Shown here piece by piece: positions 1 to 13,099 of a DNA stretch of 64,000 bases. Position numbers and translations under genes: made by a program. The stretch lies in NCBI GenBank assembly GCA_030141605.1, contig JAQGDQ010000427.1:135484-199483 (forward strand). Reading direction: 5' to 3'. Source of the DNA: Tubiluchus corallicola. Its lineage: Eukaryota; Animalia; Priapulida. Below the pieces are notes generated by a model. That model did not search any database. It saw only the letters and a program-made list of their open reading frames with translations, and was not told the origin of the DNA. Numbering within the stretch: position 1 is the first letter of the stretch; each line of letters starts with the position of its first letter.

Positions 1-2688
1 CTACGGAAGGGCATTATATAGAACATTATCATGACTAGAATGTAGCTAAAATAAGCTTTTTCACAATTTCGTTATGCAAACGCGCATCTAGATGCTGTAG
101 GTCAAAGGTTAAGTGTACCACAGCAACGCCGACACGTGACATATGAGTAAAGCTAAGCCTTCTGCCGCATCAGTTCAGTAATTTCAGCTGCGGCGCCGTT
201 TCCTTGTTGTTTTGTGTGAATTTCACTTAATTATGCATTACTTTGTGCGATGTAGTGTAATTTACTAACACGATCTTGCTTGGGAACAACAAAAATTAAC
301 TGTTACTAGTTCAATAACATGGTCTGGGGGGTGCTGTCTCGTACACTTATCCTTCGACCTTTTCCCAATCATCATCAATTTATTTATTTTTTTATTTATT
401 ATTTATTAGGCACAATAAATAAATATACACATTTTATAAATGATTAAAAGTAAACAGTAAAACTACATAGGCAAAGTCATATATTATTATATACTATTAT
501 CAAAATTATATAGGCTACTTTTGAGACTAAATTTTACAGACTTACAAGATCTACTTCATAAGCAGAAGGCACCCGGTTCCAATCCAGGCTGTAATTCCAA
601 CTTTTCCTGAATTTCAAAATTCGTTTTCAAAATTCAATTAATTACGGTTTTGTACTATCATTAATAATAATCTTGACATTGCGTTTATAAGCAATAAACA
701 CCTGCGTAAAAGGTGGCATAAGAACATTAATGGCATTTGAACTTATTAATTTTATATTTGAATTATCTTATCACATGTCAACACATTTGAGAGCAGTAAA
801 CCCTAAAATAATTATGGTGGCGAATAATAATTAGCATTTTTGTATTGCATTTAATAAGCACTCATTAAATTACGCTTTCCAATGTTTAATAATAAACACG
901 AAAGCGAAATAAGAAAGAGCGAAAAGGCACTAACACATCAACGAAATGTTGTGTCCCAGAAGGAACCTATAATGCGCAAGAGTAACTTAAATATAGTCTG
1001 CTTAGCGTTAATGGAAAAACTGAAAAGAGGATTTTCAATATTTTCAACATTCCATTTCAGCTGATTCCCGCTTTGGCAAATTTTACTTTAAAACTCAAAT
1101 CAGTCATCGGCAAATTAGGATAATTAACCCGGATAACAGCATCCAGGGTTATTGTGGTCTCAGCAATTTCTTCACTGTGAAGTGGCGCCGCCATGCGAAC
1201 GCTTCCAACTCAATAATTATGTGTAATTGGAAATGAGTCTTTGTGTAAATGGTAGAGGCAAAGTTCGTAAAAAATTTATAGCCAGAAAAATAATTAATGC
1301 AGTACCGCCATTAGTTTAAAGTAGAAGCTGCCATATGTTCACATCAACTAATTAACCTGCCAACCTTATAGAATCCAGAGAATTAAATCAAGGCTTCGCT
1401 ACATTACTAACGACCAGTAACTATAGGAAATGCTGTTGCAAAGTATTTGAATGTTTTTCAAGGTGAAATGTGCTGAGCATTTGCACAGTGGCATTGTCTT
1501 CATTCTGGTAATTAATAATTATAGGAACTTGCAATTCTGCTGGTTACAAGAAAATTTAAGAAAGTTTCAACGACGTTTAAAAAACTTGCGAAAGGGAATC
1601 GGAAGGATATTCACAAATTACAAAATTAAGACTTACTATTAATTTTAAAATATTTTATAAGACTGGAAAGAACTAAAATTGTTTAAGTTGCCCTGCTACA
1701 GGAGTGAAGGTAAAGACATTTGTTGCTATAATGGAAAACTCAACCGTCGAGTTTCTTAACGAAATAATTGACGGAGTCTTACTTACGTTGAATAATGACA
1801 CTAATTACCGTTATTAAGCATCTGTTTGTTAGACAACAGCCGTTACGTATGCAAGATTATTAAAATTTCATGTTTTGGCACTAGATAAATTAGATAATGC
1901 ATTAAGATATTAACATTACCTAAGCAAAACAGATGCGCGGTTTATAAAATATTTAAAGCTGACTGAATACTATTGCGAGCCGATTCTTTGTTCTATGCTA
2001 ATAACAGTTAAGTGCCATATGTCCAAATTTCATTATGTATTTATGAATAACACTTTAATCAGCAGTAATTCGTAGCTGTTTTTCATTGGGAGCAGATGAA
2101 TTATTCACATTTTGTTGATCCACGATTTGTTTTTTACATATCTCACTCAGAAATTTACATTTATAATAAATTAGAAATAAAGTGATCAACGCTTGCGCAT
2201 TTTGCGCAGAATCTGCATCCGAAAGCTGTCGCGTTTCATTAAAGGAAGACAGGATGATGTTTCATATACCACAACATTTTCAAGTCCGATAAAAAGTATA
2301 CATTTTAACACGACTGATATTGCAAAAGGGTTCTAATAATTAAATAAATAAATAAATAAATAAGATTAAAAACTTAAATAACGGCGGGGAGCCCAACTAT
2401 TGATGACATCACTAGCTAAAATAATTTTCAACAGCAAAAATATTCCATGGGCGTGTTGCACGTATTTGTGAAAGAGAAAATTGAAGGACAGCGCTGCTGT
2501 AAGATATTCAGTGTGTTGTTGTACTAAAACTAGGCAAGGTTTAAGATAAAAATTCAAATTTCAAATTTACCGCTGTCCTCGCGCATTAGCTGTCGAACGT
2601 GCGTAATTCGTCCCAAACTAACACATCTGAACTGAGAGGTACAGTGGCTGTTTTTTTGTGCAATACGTTTCCGGAATGCAGGCGTTAG

Positions 2689-3096
2689 CAGGGCCGTAGT
2701 CGGCTTTTGAAAAGTGGTCCGGTCACAGATACGGAACAGGTAGAAAAAGAATACAGCAGCAACATATAGAAGAGTATATTATAATTTATAATACAGAGTT
2801 ATAATATAATAGAGCACTACACATACTCAATGATGACATGATTGATTAAAACTTCCAAACACACATCTGCGCCGCTCATTTCTAGCAGTAAACTCGTTCA
2901 CAATTTCCTTCAGGTCGAGAGCGTCTGTTCTATCCATATGTACATGCAAAGTCATGAGATTGTTCAGTCTAGTTTGAGTCATCGTACTCCGCAAATAAGT
3001 TTTTACTCTACGCAGGGCTGAGAATGTCTAGGCACGTATTGCAGAAAAAGTGGTCCGGCCATGGCCGGACCGGCCGGACCGCCGACTACGGCCTTG
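2689..3096 (-). mobile_element. Non-autonomous hAT derivative (408 bp) with 16-bp TIRs and a 5-bp TSD (hAT5-like)
   Basis: Left end is cagggccgtagtcggc and right end is gccgactacggccttg (1 mismatch). GTTAG is duplicated at 2684-2688 and 3097-3101. The family A copy at about 38205 shows the empty site (gaatgcaggcgctagtgcccgtc). The minus strand encodes a hAT C-terminal dimerisation peptide. Confidence 0.9.
2826..3027 (-). pseudogene. hAT transposase C-terminal dimerisation domain fragment (Dimer_Tnp_hAT/ZMYM1-like)
   Basis: Manual translation gives FSALRRVKTYLRSTMTQTRLNNLMTLHVHMDRTDALDLKEIVNEFTARNERRRCVFGSF, matching the typical 'SFS.L.R.KT.LRSTM...RL..L..L..H' motif. Confidence 0.88.
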
Positions 3097-3584
3097 GTTA
3101 GTGTCCATCCAACCAGCGAATGGCGAAATGAGCGTAACAGCGAAGAACTAGTGGCGCAAACGTTAAATTGTGTTTGTGTGGTAATAATTCTTTTACGCAA
3201 GTCATTTTTGAAAAAATAGTATGTTTCCTTTCAATATTTTAAAGAATAGATTATTTGGGTCCGGTATTACTTTAAATAAGCTTATGATAAAATACATACA
3301 AACTTTGCAGTTTATTCAGCTCAATTTTAATTTCCAATATTACAAATGAAAAATAAATTCGAAAAAAGAACAATTGAAACCAGTCAGATAACTTATAACT
3401 ATGACAGATTAAATATTGCAGGAAAACTGTGATTTCCATTGTGTACTATTTTAACACTGCATTCAAATCGCTAGGGCTAATCTTTAGCATTTAATAAAGC
3501 TTTCCAACCAATCACTAACACGCACGGTGTAATGAACGTTTACCGAAAAATAAATATTTTTACAATAAGACAGTAAATATCACT

Positions 3585-3795
3585 AAGTGGTTTAGTTGAG
3601 CCCGAGGCAAGTGGTCCCTAGATTTTTGGCGATGGATATTTGGGCGACGGGCAATCTGGGATGCAGTATTTGGGCCCAAGATAATTTGGGTCCAGGATAT
3701 TTGGACCCCATGGATTTTGGGCCCCGGGGTGTTTGGGTCCAAACATTTGGGCTCCGGGATATTTGGGCTGCGGGATATTTGGGCCTCAGGCAATG
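3585..3795. repeat. Degenerate 15-20 bp tandem array (gatatttgggy..), typical of subterminal repeats of non-autonomous DNA transposons
   Basis: About 10 units with core 'tttgggyc/gatattt' in a GC-rich island. No partner TIR found. Confidence 0.6.
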
Positions 3796-3880
3796 ATGTA
3801 ACTGGAAGCAATTCAATATAATAGTTGCATCAGACCACTGTACAAAGTGAAGCACTGAATACTGATTCTATTTTATAGAA

Positions 3881-4085
<205 letters not shown>

Positions 4086-4319
4086 AATTCTTTACTGAAA
4101 ATAAATATTTACATATATAATTATATATGTGTATAATAATTAATGACAGATTCGATATTATTTTTATACAGCATTAAATGTAATTTTCGTTGTAAAATGG
4201 TGTGAAATCGTGAAAAATTCAAACCAACGTAACTCGTCAAACGCTAAATCGAAAATCAAAATGGCGGATGACGAAAACGTTAATATAAATTAAAGGAAAC
4301 TATTGGAAATTTCCACAGT

Positions 4320-5918
4320 GAGGTCAACAGACACTCCAATACATAAAAGTACCAAACAGGTAATAGTCATCTTTAATGTACTCCTCATCGTATCTATTTA
4401 ACTGGTCTTCCTGTTGTTTGTAAATTGGGCAATCACGAGACAAAGCTTGGTGTTTGCTCTTACAATTTTTATACTTCATTCTGTCTGTCTGACTTGCTTT
4501 CGAGCTGTGATTCATTGCACACTTTCCGCATACAGTTTTACGGTCACTATTTTAGCCATATGATCAAAAGAGTAACAGTTATAACATAATAATGGCCGTT
4601 TTTTGAAGATGAATTTCAATACATTACAGTATATGTTCCCCACTGGTATGCCTTCTCTGATTGCTAATTCCAGATATTTATATGAAGGAAAACTGACTTT
4701 GACTAATGGCAATGTGGTTTTGTCTTTGCGCTTAAACCGTTCTACTTTGGCATCTGAAAATATTCACTTAATTTCTTCTTCCGTAATGTATCACAGTCTT
4801 TCAGGATGCCCAGGGCATTTAATTTTGGTTTTCCTGCCACTGTGCCTTTACCTAAGAAGTTAGCCTGCCAACCACCCACTATTGCATTAGCATCATCTTC
4901 ATTCTTAAGCTAAAGCTGTATCTTTCCTCTCGCTGTTTTATATGTCGTGTCAAATCTAACTCTAGGAAATACTTCACTTATATGTTTCTTAATGCTCATA
5001 CTATTTTGCACAATTTCTCTCTCAGTGACATTCTTTCTCAATAATCACAGTTCACTCGGGGGATTACAATGCATATCTGGTATTGCACTTTCAGGTTTGC
5101 GGCTAATGCTGTTTGTAGATTTTCCTTCACTAGCAGTTTTAACCACGACGGCAGGTTGCCTCTTTTTTGTGCTTTCTCTTACCACTGAGCTGTAAGACGC
5201 TTTTTGTTTGTCTGACATCTTCGTTAAATTGTCTCGTATTTTTCCTATTTCCAAGTCCATTCTGGACAGTTTGTCTAATACAGACTTTTGCACTACATAT
5301 TCTTGATTCTCTTGTAGCCAATCTAATATATGACGTAATGTTGCTTGATTTTCTTCCTGTTCGACTAATTCTGTTATCTGCGTTTTTAGGTTGTCGATGT
5401 CGCTCCAACTGCGCTGGTTAATTTGAGTTAAGGAAACAGAATTTGCTCTTTCTCTGCTGGTTCCTGGCTGTATGTCCGTTGAATTGTTTTTGTCGTAGCA
5501 TGCTTCACATATCACAATTGAAACTAGCTTCCTACTAACTGGCTTTTTCGTATTTCGACATAGAGCGCAGCTTTTCCTCTCACCTATTGTAGGACCAGTT
5601 TGCGTTGCCTCTACCTGAACGTTTTCGTCGACAGGTGAGTAGACCAATTAAGGTCTAATCAATGACACAATAGCCTCAACAAGCCACACTGACCATGAAT
5701 TGCAGGATTGCAGTAGAACTCGAAGAAATTCAACAGTTTTTCACTTTTAATATCTAAATCCAACTGTATAAGTGCAAATGTTTATTACCTTGTTCTTCTG
5801 TAGATATTTACACATATAATGGTATCACTTTTATCATGTTAAACATGAAATTACTTTATAAAATTGGAAAAATTTGGAGAGCTTGTTAACAACACAAGAC
5901 ACGGTCACGATTGCTCAA

Positions 5919-5920
<2 letters not shown>
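4320..5920 (-). mobile_element. Decayed non-LTR retrotransposon 5' UTR and gag-like ORF1 with CCHC zinc knuckles (I/Jockey/R1-type ORF1)
   Basis: Frameshifted ORFs 5045-5647, 4512-4712 and 4324-4515 join into a CxxC-containing N-terminus, a coiled coil, 'SYSSVV', then CYNCYSFDHMAK..C...CGKCAMNHSS...K(Y)KNCKSKHQALSRDCPIYK (three knuckles, the third degenerate). The 5' end abuts the (CA)n(GA)n run. Confidence 0.8.
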
Positions 5921-6066
<146 letters not shown>

Positions 6067-6439
6067 TATTGCTGCTTTTTTATTGCTTGTTTTCATGTCA
6101 AATTTCCCGCGACTCTGTTCCGACCACGCCTATTACATGACGTCATATACGCACAATTTAAATCAGGGGCAGAAAAGGAAATGTTAAACCATGCCCAAAA
6201 GATTTTCCATGCAAAGTTATACTACTTAACATTTCGTTTACCTGCTAGAGTTATGTAACTAGAAAAGAAAATTATCGGTTTTTTAAAATACTTTCACCAA
6301 TTGGTAAAATGTCACTGACTCACCCTCCAGGGTGTATCAGTTACTAACCAAAAACGTATTTTTAATGTTATTAACAATAGTTTAAACTTTTGCTTAGTTA
6401 GTGACGTGTGCGCAACGAATGCTCTGATCATTTGTTTCA

Positions 6440-6660
6440 AACTTTACATAATGTTTTCTAAACTTGTTATGAACGACTTATCGTGAAAATGGCTTCGTCT
6501 AACGGTCATCGCGGGAGTTTAAATTTACATGCTTTATACAACGTTACGGCCGACGCAAGTCTTATATGCGAAAAGGGAGTATGTAAGTGGTATAAAATTC
6601 CAAAACGAAGCTTTATGTAAGTGGAGGGTTTTCTTGTGCATTAAGTTACATTTTTTATCC
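6440..6660 (+). repeat. Dispersed repeat family C
   Basis: 'aaaatggcttcgtctaacggtcatcgcgggagtttaaatttac...ggtataaaattcc' recurs at about 28400-28570 (plus) and as reverse complement at about 41170-41320 and 56380-56465. Confidence 0.7.
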
Positions 6661-7969
6661 TTTTGCGTCTATATTAAATCTTGTTTCACCATTTCAGTTT
6701 TAGTTACAGTACATGACCGAGTGCAAACTTTCCACTGCAAAAACTAATGTGAACAAAGGCTATGGTGCTAAGACATCTTCTGGCACATCTGATCACGTTC
6801 CGTTTACTGACTTAGCAGGTCAAAATAAACCATTGTTAATATCAGGCTTTTATATAGATAAGTATTGTTCACACCTATAATTGATCGACATTGTGTAGTT
6901 AATGTTGTTGTTTGTGACGAAACCTGAGCCTAGTTTATTATCAAGGACATTTCACTGAAGCACGAGGAGTGTCACAGCCACATTCAAATGTGTGTAAGAT
7001 TCTCAGTTATGGAGTATATGAAATACTAGAAATTTTTGACTTTATATATTAACTGATTCACTTATATTAGCTTATAGGTAATTTTAGAAAATGCCCAAAT
7101 GCCCAGAATATGTCTGATCACACTGATTTTACATAGTGAACGGATTAGAAGACAATTGTTATTGCTGGTCTTTATTCATTGATTAGCCTACTACTATTGT
7201 GTAGGCTTACTAGATTACACGCCTGTTTTTCAGAAAGGAACGTGATTCTAGATTTCTTGCTCGCAACGTTTTTCAGAAATTTCACAGTTTTTGCTATTTC
7301 GCCTTCTAGTGTTAGAGCGCGAAAACTGTTCAGCTTTTTCTGTAATTTTTGATGACAGCAAGGATTGTCGGAAACGACCTGACTTCAACAATCCATAAAC
7401 GTGAACTAACAAACACTGCCGTAATGATTCAACAGATGATTTTAAAAAGCAACAACTGTTTGTTATACACTTATAATCTCAAATTTGAGGAAAATAAACC
7501 GAAGACAGAAAACACGAACACTCCATCATCTCGTCTATTCAACTAGAACAAAAAAAGTCACGTGCCAAATGCTCATGGCCAATCAAAAACTCTCTTGGTG
7601 TCACGTGCTTCGCGTTGGCAAAAAGGATGTTTTAATTTGCTTTGTTATTTTTATTATATCATAGGAAATCACGAAACTGAAGCCAACTTAAACAAACCAC
7701 CCCGTTTTATTTAAACGAGATCTCTTGATCTCAAATAAAATATTTTGCTACCTCCAGATAATTTATGTCTTTTGGAAATATGCAAATTTATCTGCTAGGC
7801 TCCCAAAGAATTTCAAGGCAAAAAATTTGCTGTTTCTTTAGCTATAATCTGAAAGGCGACGTCCTTTCTATTTGTACAATTGAATTACCATAGTGTGATT
7901 AGCTCGACACTATAATGTGTTTACTCTGAATTTCCCTATCCAGGGTAGTTGTTACCTTTTATATAACTG

Positions 7970-10130
7970 ACAATATACTTATTGTTTATTTATCATCAGT
8001 AGAATAATGTTTGTTCATTATTATATGATCTGAAACCGTTTAGTTTCATAGATCATTTCTTGTTGCTATTAAATGTATATAGGTCGTATTATAATGATAT
8101 AATGCAGCAGGCCTGATGTTTCTCAATTTACTAATGCATGTAATAAATAAGCATCTTTATTTTTAATGTGAATCGTAATAATTAAGCGATAATAATTGAA
8201 ATGTTTTAATGAGATGTTCTTGATATACAACACGAACAGGTAGACAGCAGCTTTAATTTCACATAAATTATACTCATTTCAATCAGAAACAAAGTTTGGG
8301 CGTTTTTCTAATTAAGTTAAAACTTGGGAATTCAAATTACGTGTCTCCCCGTTTTTTTCGTTTCGCAGGACAAAAATTACAAATGGCGCCAACTGGCGAA
8401 TGGTTCAAACATGCCTTTGTGAAAAACCAGAAGCCTGTTTAGGGCCAGAAGAATAACTAAGACATTAGTCCATTATTGTAAAACTACAACAAGGTTAAAG
8501 TAGAAGATGCCATATGCACCTAATTCCACTAATTCTACTTGTTCCACTAATTAAACCAGAAGCCGTTTCCTAAATAATTTAGTGCCAGAAGACTAATTAA
8601 CGCACTAATTTATTACTGCATTGCTGCCATAGCAACAAAGTACAAATTGCCATATGCTCACCGCTCAATTTCATTAATTAACTTCCACTAATTCCACTGG
8701 TTTCACAAAGTAAACTAGAAGCCGTTTCATAAATAATTTAGTGCCAGAAGAGTAATTAACACAGTAAATCATTATTGCGTCAGCTCAAAGTAGGAATTGC
8801 CATATGTTCAAGCTCACTAGGTAACTTCCAGTAATTCCACTGGCTTCAGATTTATTAACCCGGAAGCCAGTTTTTAAATAATTTATTGCCAGATGAAGAA
8901 ATAACGCAGTAATTCATTATTGTATTTACCAGAAAGCCATACTGTAAAACTAGAAACTGCCATATCTCCGTATAAACTAGTTAAGCTATCAACTTTAAAA
9001 AAAATATACACAGTGAATAGAAAACAACGTTTATTGACTCATTCACCAACGAACAGTCATTTATACACGATTATATTAGCACAGCCTTTTTTAGTTTTAA
9101 TAAAATCAAATGATGAATAAATTTTATTGACATTTCAACAATTTTTGACAATGAAATACACTGACCACTTATCATATTTTGCAGCGTTTTTTAAATTGTC
9201 TTTTCACTAGAACCTCAAATAAAAAACTCCAGTCGTTTCCATAGAAAGGATACCAGTTTAAAATTAAATTTTTCTTTAAAGCCTGCTTAGAATTCACTTC
9301 ACTGTACAATGCTAAAATGCCTGCGATGACTACAAAGACATACTCAATCAAAAAACAAATGTTTTTAAGAAGTCGTTAATTTTGGAGGACCTAAAAAAGA
9401 GTCAAATGAGTTAAAATTGCCTTGCGTAGACGTTGATATTGCCATACCTCCTGCATACTTGATTTACTAGGAAACTTGTTGTGCGTCTTTCAACTTCGCC
9501 GCGCTCATGATTAATTAATAATTCACGGATTTTTCTTTTGTTCGAGTTGATCAACGCCACCATTATCGTAATTAAGCATCTTTTGCGGGCACATTCATGT
9601 TAGTTCATTAAAATTGGATTGTACACCAGGTAATAGATCAGTCCTAATTAATTTTACCGTAGCAAAGCAGATGCAGCTGTTATATTATTTAGAGTAACCT
9701 AATTGAGTGGAGCCTTTGTTTCACGCTAATAACACCAACTTACCTTAATTACATTATACAATATAAATATACGCTTATCAGGAATGACACTCATCTCTGA
9801 TTTGTTAGAAACAGTTCAAAAACGTTCATTGAAAATATTTTTTCAAATGATAACTGGGTAAATGCTCTAATGTTGGCTAATATTCAACGTATATTTAACC
9901 ATCACGAAAAATCTTGCAAAAAGTTGTTCTTATCAATTCAAAATCCTAATAACAAAATCCACACTCTATTGCCAGGTGCCCATACTTATAGATATAACAC
10001 TCGCCACCATTTGAAATATTTAGATGCAGCAGAAAGAGATTCAAGAACAGTTTAATCTTGTATGGTTTATTTAAATTCCAAACTCATATTTAAGCTCATT
10101 TTAATTTATTTCGTTAATGTATCTTGTAAC
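7970..10130 (+). repeat. About 2.1 kb duplicated segment S, copy 1; contains four degenerate 130-160 bp tandem units at about 8420-8990
   Basis: Reverse complement matches 32640-34720 and 44500-46077, for example 'agcaaagcagatgcagctgttatattatttagagtaac'. The internal unit core is 'aaataatttagtgccagaagactaattaac...tgccatatgctca'. One further unit lies at about 1260-1390. Confidence 0.9.
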
Positions 10131-10230
10131 AGTGTAAAAGTGCTTGTTGCTATATGTTCTACCTTGCTTATTCTTTTAAATTTTTTTATATTTTGTATTT
10201 TTTCTTTTGGTTGTAATGATGATAAATAAA
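9777..10230 (+). pseudogene. 5'-truncated CR1-like LINE 3' end (RT C-terminus and 3' UTR)
   Basis: Translates with frameshifts as SDLLETVQKRSLKIFF...AL.LANI...CKKLFLSIQNPNNKIHTLLP...YRYNTR...KRFK. A second copy lies on the minus strand at about 32600-32935. Confidence 0.72.
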
Positions 10231-10392
<162 letters not shown>

Positions 10393-12029
10393 AATATCAT
10401 TTTTGTCAGCGTGTATAAAACGAACTGTATTTATTTTTTATATCACCGAGATTGATAGCCTATCAAATCAACATCTAATATTGCATTAGATAACATATTG
10501 AAATTTCAACAGTAAAACAGTAAGAAGAGATGATCAAAATGGGGCTATACAGGCCTTTTTCCCGGAGTCTTGCGGTGGCAAACTCCCACACGACCACCGC
10601 TGCATCTGATGCTTCCTCTCTTAAAAATATCTCTTTTGGAAGAGAAATGTGCTAAATAGAACGTTTTAAATTTAGGACAAAGAAAATTATTTGCAATCAT
10701 ACTAAAAACCAGGAAATTTCTGTACAACGTTAAAACGAAAATTCGCTAGAAAGTATTTAGAATATTAACGTAACAAAATTACAAGAGTTTTTCGCCCACA
10801 GTAAAACTGTTCTTATCAAAGAAGGTAAAACTGGTGTTTGTAGACTGTGCGAAAACAACGAATTTATATTCATTGTGGCGAAGTGGGTACCAACGCTTTT
10901 TATAGATAAAATAACTCATTTATTATATATACAGCAATATATGAGGTTACAAAGAGACTCAAAGAGATTAACTGATTACATGTGTCTCTTGTGTACAAGG
11001 AATTTATGCAAGTTAACGTCATATAAGCAGCTTTCAAGTAACTTAATATTTTGTGCAGTTACGACGGGTGCACCATCAACATATGCAAGCAATGAACTTT
11101 CATGTGTTTAACATAAAAAATTCCTAATTTCCATTTTACAACACTTTTTGTATAATGAAAAGTGCTCGGCTACATAATTCCTCCGCCCGCATGAACACAT
11201 CAAGTTTTGATAAAAATAAGGCTTAATATATTATCATAATTTGTAACTTATTGCATGAACTAACTACTGTGGATAATACGATTAGATATTAACAAAACAG
11301 TTAATTAGACATTCAGAATGTCAATCATACTTCTAAGTGTTGACAATAATATTTGAACTACATAATCAAAATCCGCCGCAATATGGCGCTAGATTGCAAG
11401 TTAGATGGTTTTCTTACTCTGTTATTAGCGGTACGTGTAGCGGTTTGCCGCTCGTAATGTGCTGGCTAATTGTTCACTACACGCAAAAACCGGACAAAAC
11501 AACAATGTCTGCCGATTCGCTAATAGAGGGCAGCACCGTCCAATAAGAGTAAATTCAATCGGGCTGTTAGCAAGCTTCTATGATATACATTGCGTATGCA
11601 ACTGGCGATGTAGAAATAAATGAATATGCAAACCTATGACATGCAACAACGCAAAATGTAAAATGCAACTGAGTCTAACATGCACATAGAGATTGACCAT
11701 TTATTCTTATTATTCTTAATATTATTATTTATTTTTTAAAACATGTATAATATACATTCCCTCTATTTGCAGGGATAAGTTTTAAAATTGCTAAAAGCAT
11801 TTACAAATCATTAAACATATTGTCATATGCATAATTTTAGAGTCTAATGCATTACACACAATGAAGACAACGAGAATAATAAACATGATCATCAATTCTA
11901 ATGCAATTACACGTAATAATAAATAAAACAAAGCAGCATGTAACAACAATAACCATTTGGCTATTAGTGTGAAGTCAAATTAAAAAAGCTCCTTTTTTAT
12001 TACAGGCACTTTAAAACATTTATAGTTAA

Positions 12030-12360
12030 TTAACAACACAACTTTATTAAACCTTTTACTTTACGTAATTAAAATCATGTCAAACGTTTCGACATGCTGC
12101 TGCTGTATCATCATAATGATGGCAGCTGCAGTCTGTCGAAATGTTTGTCTTGATTCACTATGTACATTTAGCCTTAGTAATTTATAACTTAAGTCTTTAC
12201 CAAATTCAAACTCTTCAATGAATAAAAACGAAAATCAAAATAGAAGTTAAAATGCTGTCATGATGACAGCAGTAATCTGTTGAAATGTTTGGCATGATTT
12301 TAACTATGTAAAGTAAAAGTTTTAACAAAGTTGTGTTGTTTTTAACTATAAAAGTTAAAG
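12030..12360. mobile_element. Penelope-like pseudo-LTR fragments in head-to-head arrangement, with degenerate minimal hammerhead motifs
   Basis: 12035-12115 is the reverse complement of about 12260-12345. Motif is tgatga(t)gacag-cagcagc-ctgtc-gaaa-cgtttg. Further copies at about 24950-24990, 28040-28070, 28905-28945 (minus) and 40868-40910 (plus). Confidence 0.6.
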
Positions 12361-12369
12361 TTAAGTTAT

Positions 12370-12890
12370 AAAATGATAAATTAGCTTAAAATTTACTTAA
12401 TTTCTATTTTTATTTTTGTTTTTATTCATAAAAGAGTTTGAATTTGATAAAGACTAAAATGATAAATTACAAAGGCTAGATGAACACAGTGAAATGCTAC
12501 ATTCTGCTAAGCGTTATGCATAGTTTATTCTGAGATATGAAGCAGTTTAAATAAGCTTTAGATTCTCGTTTTGTTTTTGTTTTCCTAGATTAATCCCAGA
12601 CGTTGACGTCGTCATCCTGTATTCAGTCCTTCACAATAACTCTCCCGCCTTTCTGTATTTTCTGCCTTCAAAATTACAAAATCAAAATGGCATTAAATTA
12701 AAAAAAATGTAGAACAACGCAATATTCGCTATACAAACCTTATTGAACCAAGGCTTATTATATTTCTTGGAATTCGCATGTAATTCTTTGATAGTAGAGG
12801 AATAATCTTAATGTTCCGTAGCTTTTTCGCTGGAACAAAGATTGAAAGCTGTTTTGGATTGCTCGAGTGGCACTAAAAAAATATAGTTTC
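12370..12890 (+). repeat. Segment duplicated in inverted orientation at about 32040-32385
   Basis: 'tttttcgctggaacaaagattgaaagctgttttgga...gtggcactaaaa' is the reverse complement of 'ttttagtgccactccaaaacagctttcaatcttttttccagcgaaaaag'. Confidence 0.88.
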
Positions 12891-13099
12891 GGTTACCTTC
12901 TTCAAAACGTTACCCTTGCTTGACTTGCAGTTTTGTTTTCGCGAGTCTCATGGTACACAGCTTGCTCTACTTGAAATCGCTGATTGCATTTATGTAGCGC
13001 CAGAGAATAAAAACCTGTCTGGTTTTCTGCGTTCTTTATTGATTTAACTAAAACTTTTAACACTGTGACATTCTTTTAAAAAAATTAAATTGTTGCGGC

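Larger units (their letters stand above)
2216..3300 (+). repeat. Dispersed repeat family A, copy 1 (about 0.7 kb excluding the nested hAT insertion)
   Basis: Shares motifs such as 'aactaacacatctgaactgagaggtacag' and 'gaactagtggcgcaaacgttaaattgtgtttgtgtggtaataattc' with copies at about 23340-23950 (minus), 38195-38410, 41930-43000 and 46080-46490. Ends are approximate. Confidence 0.8.

Noticed and set aside
7345-7385. Hammerhead-like 'tgatgacagcaaggattgtcggaaacgacc'
   Set aside because: The core spacing is wrong, there is no stem I, and the flanks do not match the Penelope-like family.
10572-10600. 7-bp stem gcggtgg...ccaccgc as a Helitron 3' hairpin or terminator
   Set aside because: Long loop, no CTRR end nearby, and no supporting second copy.
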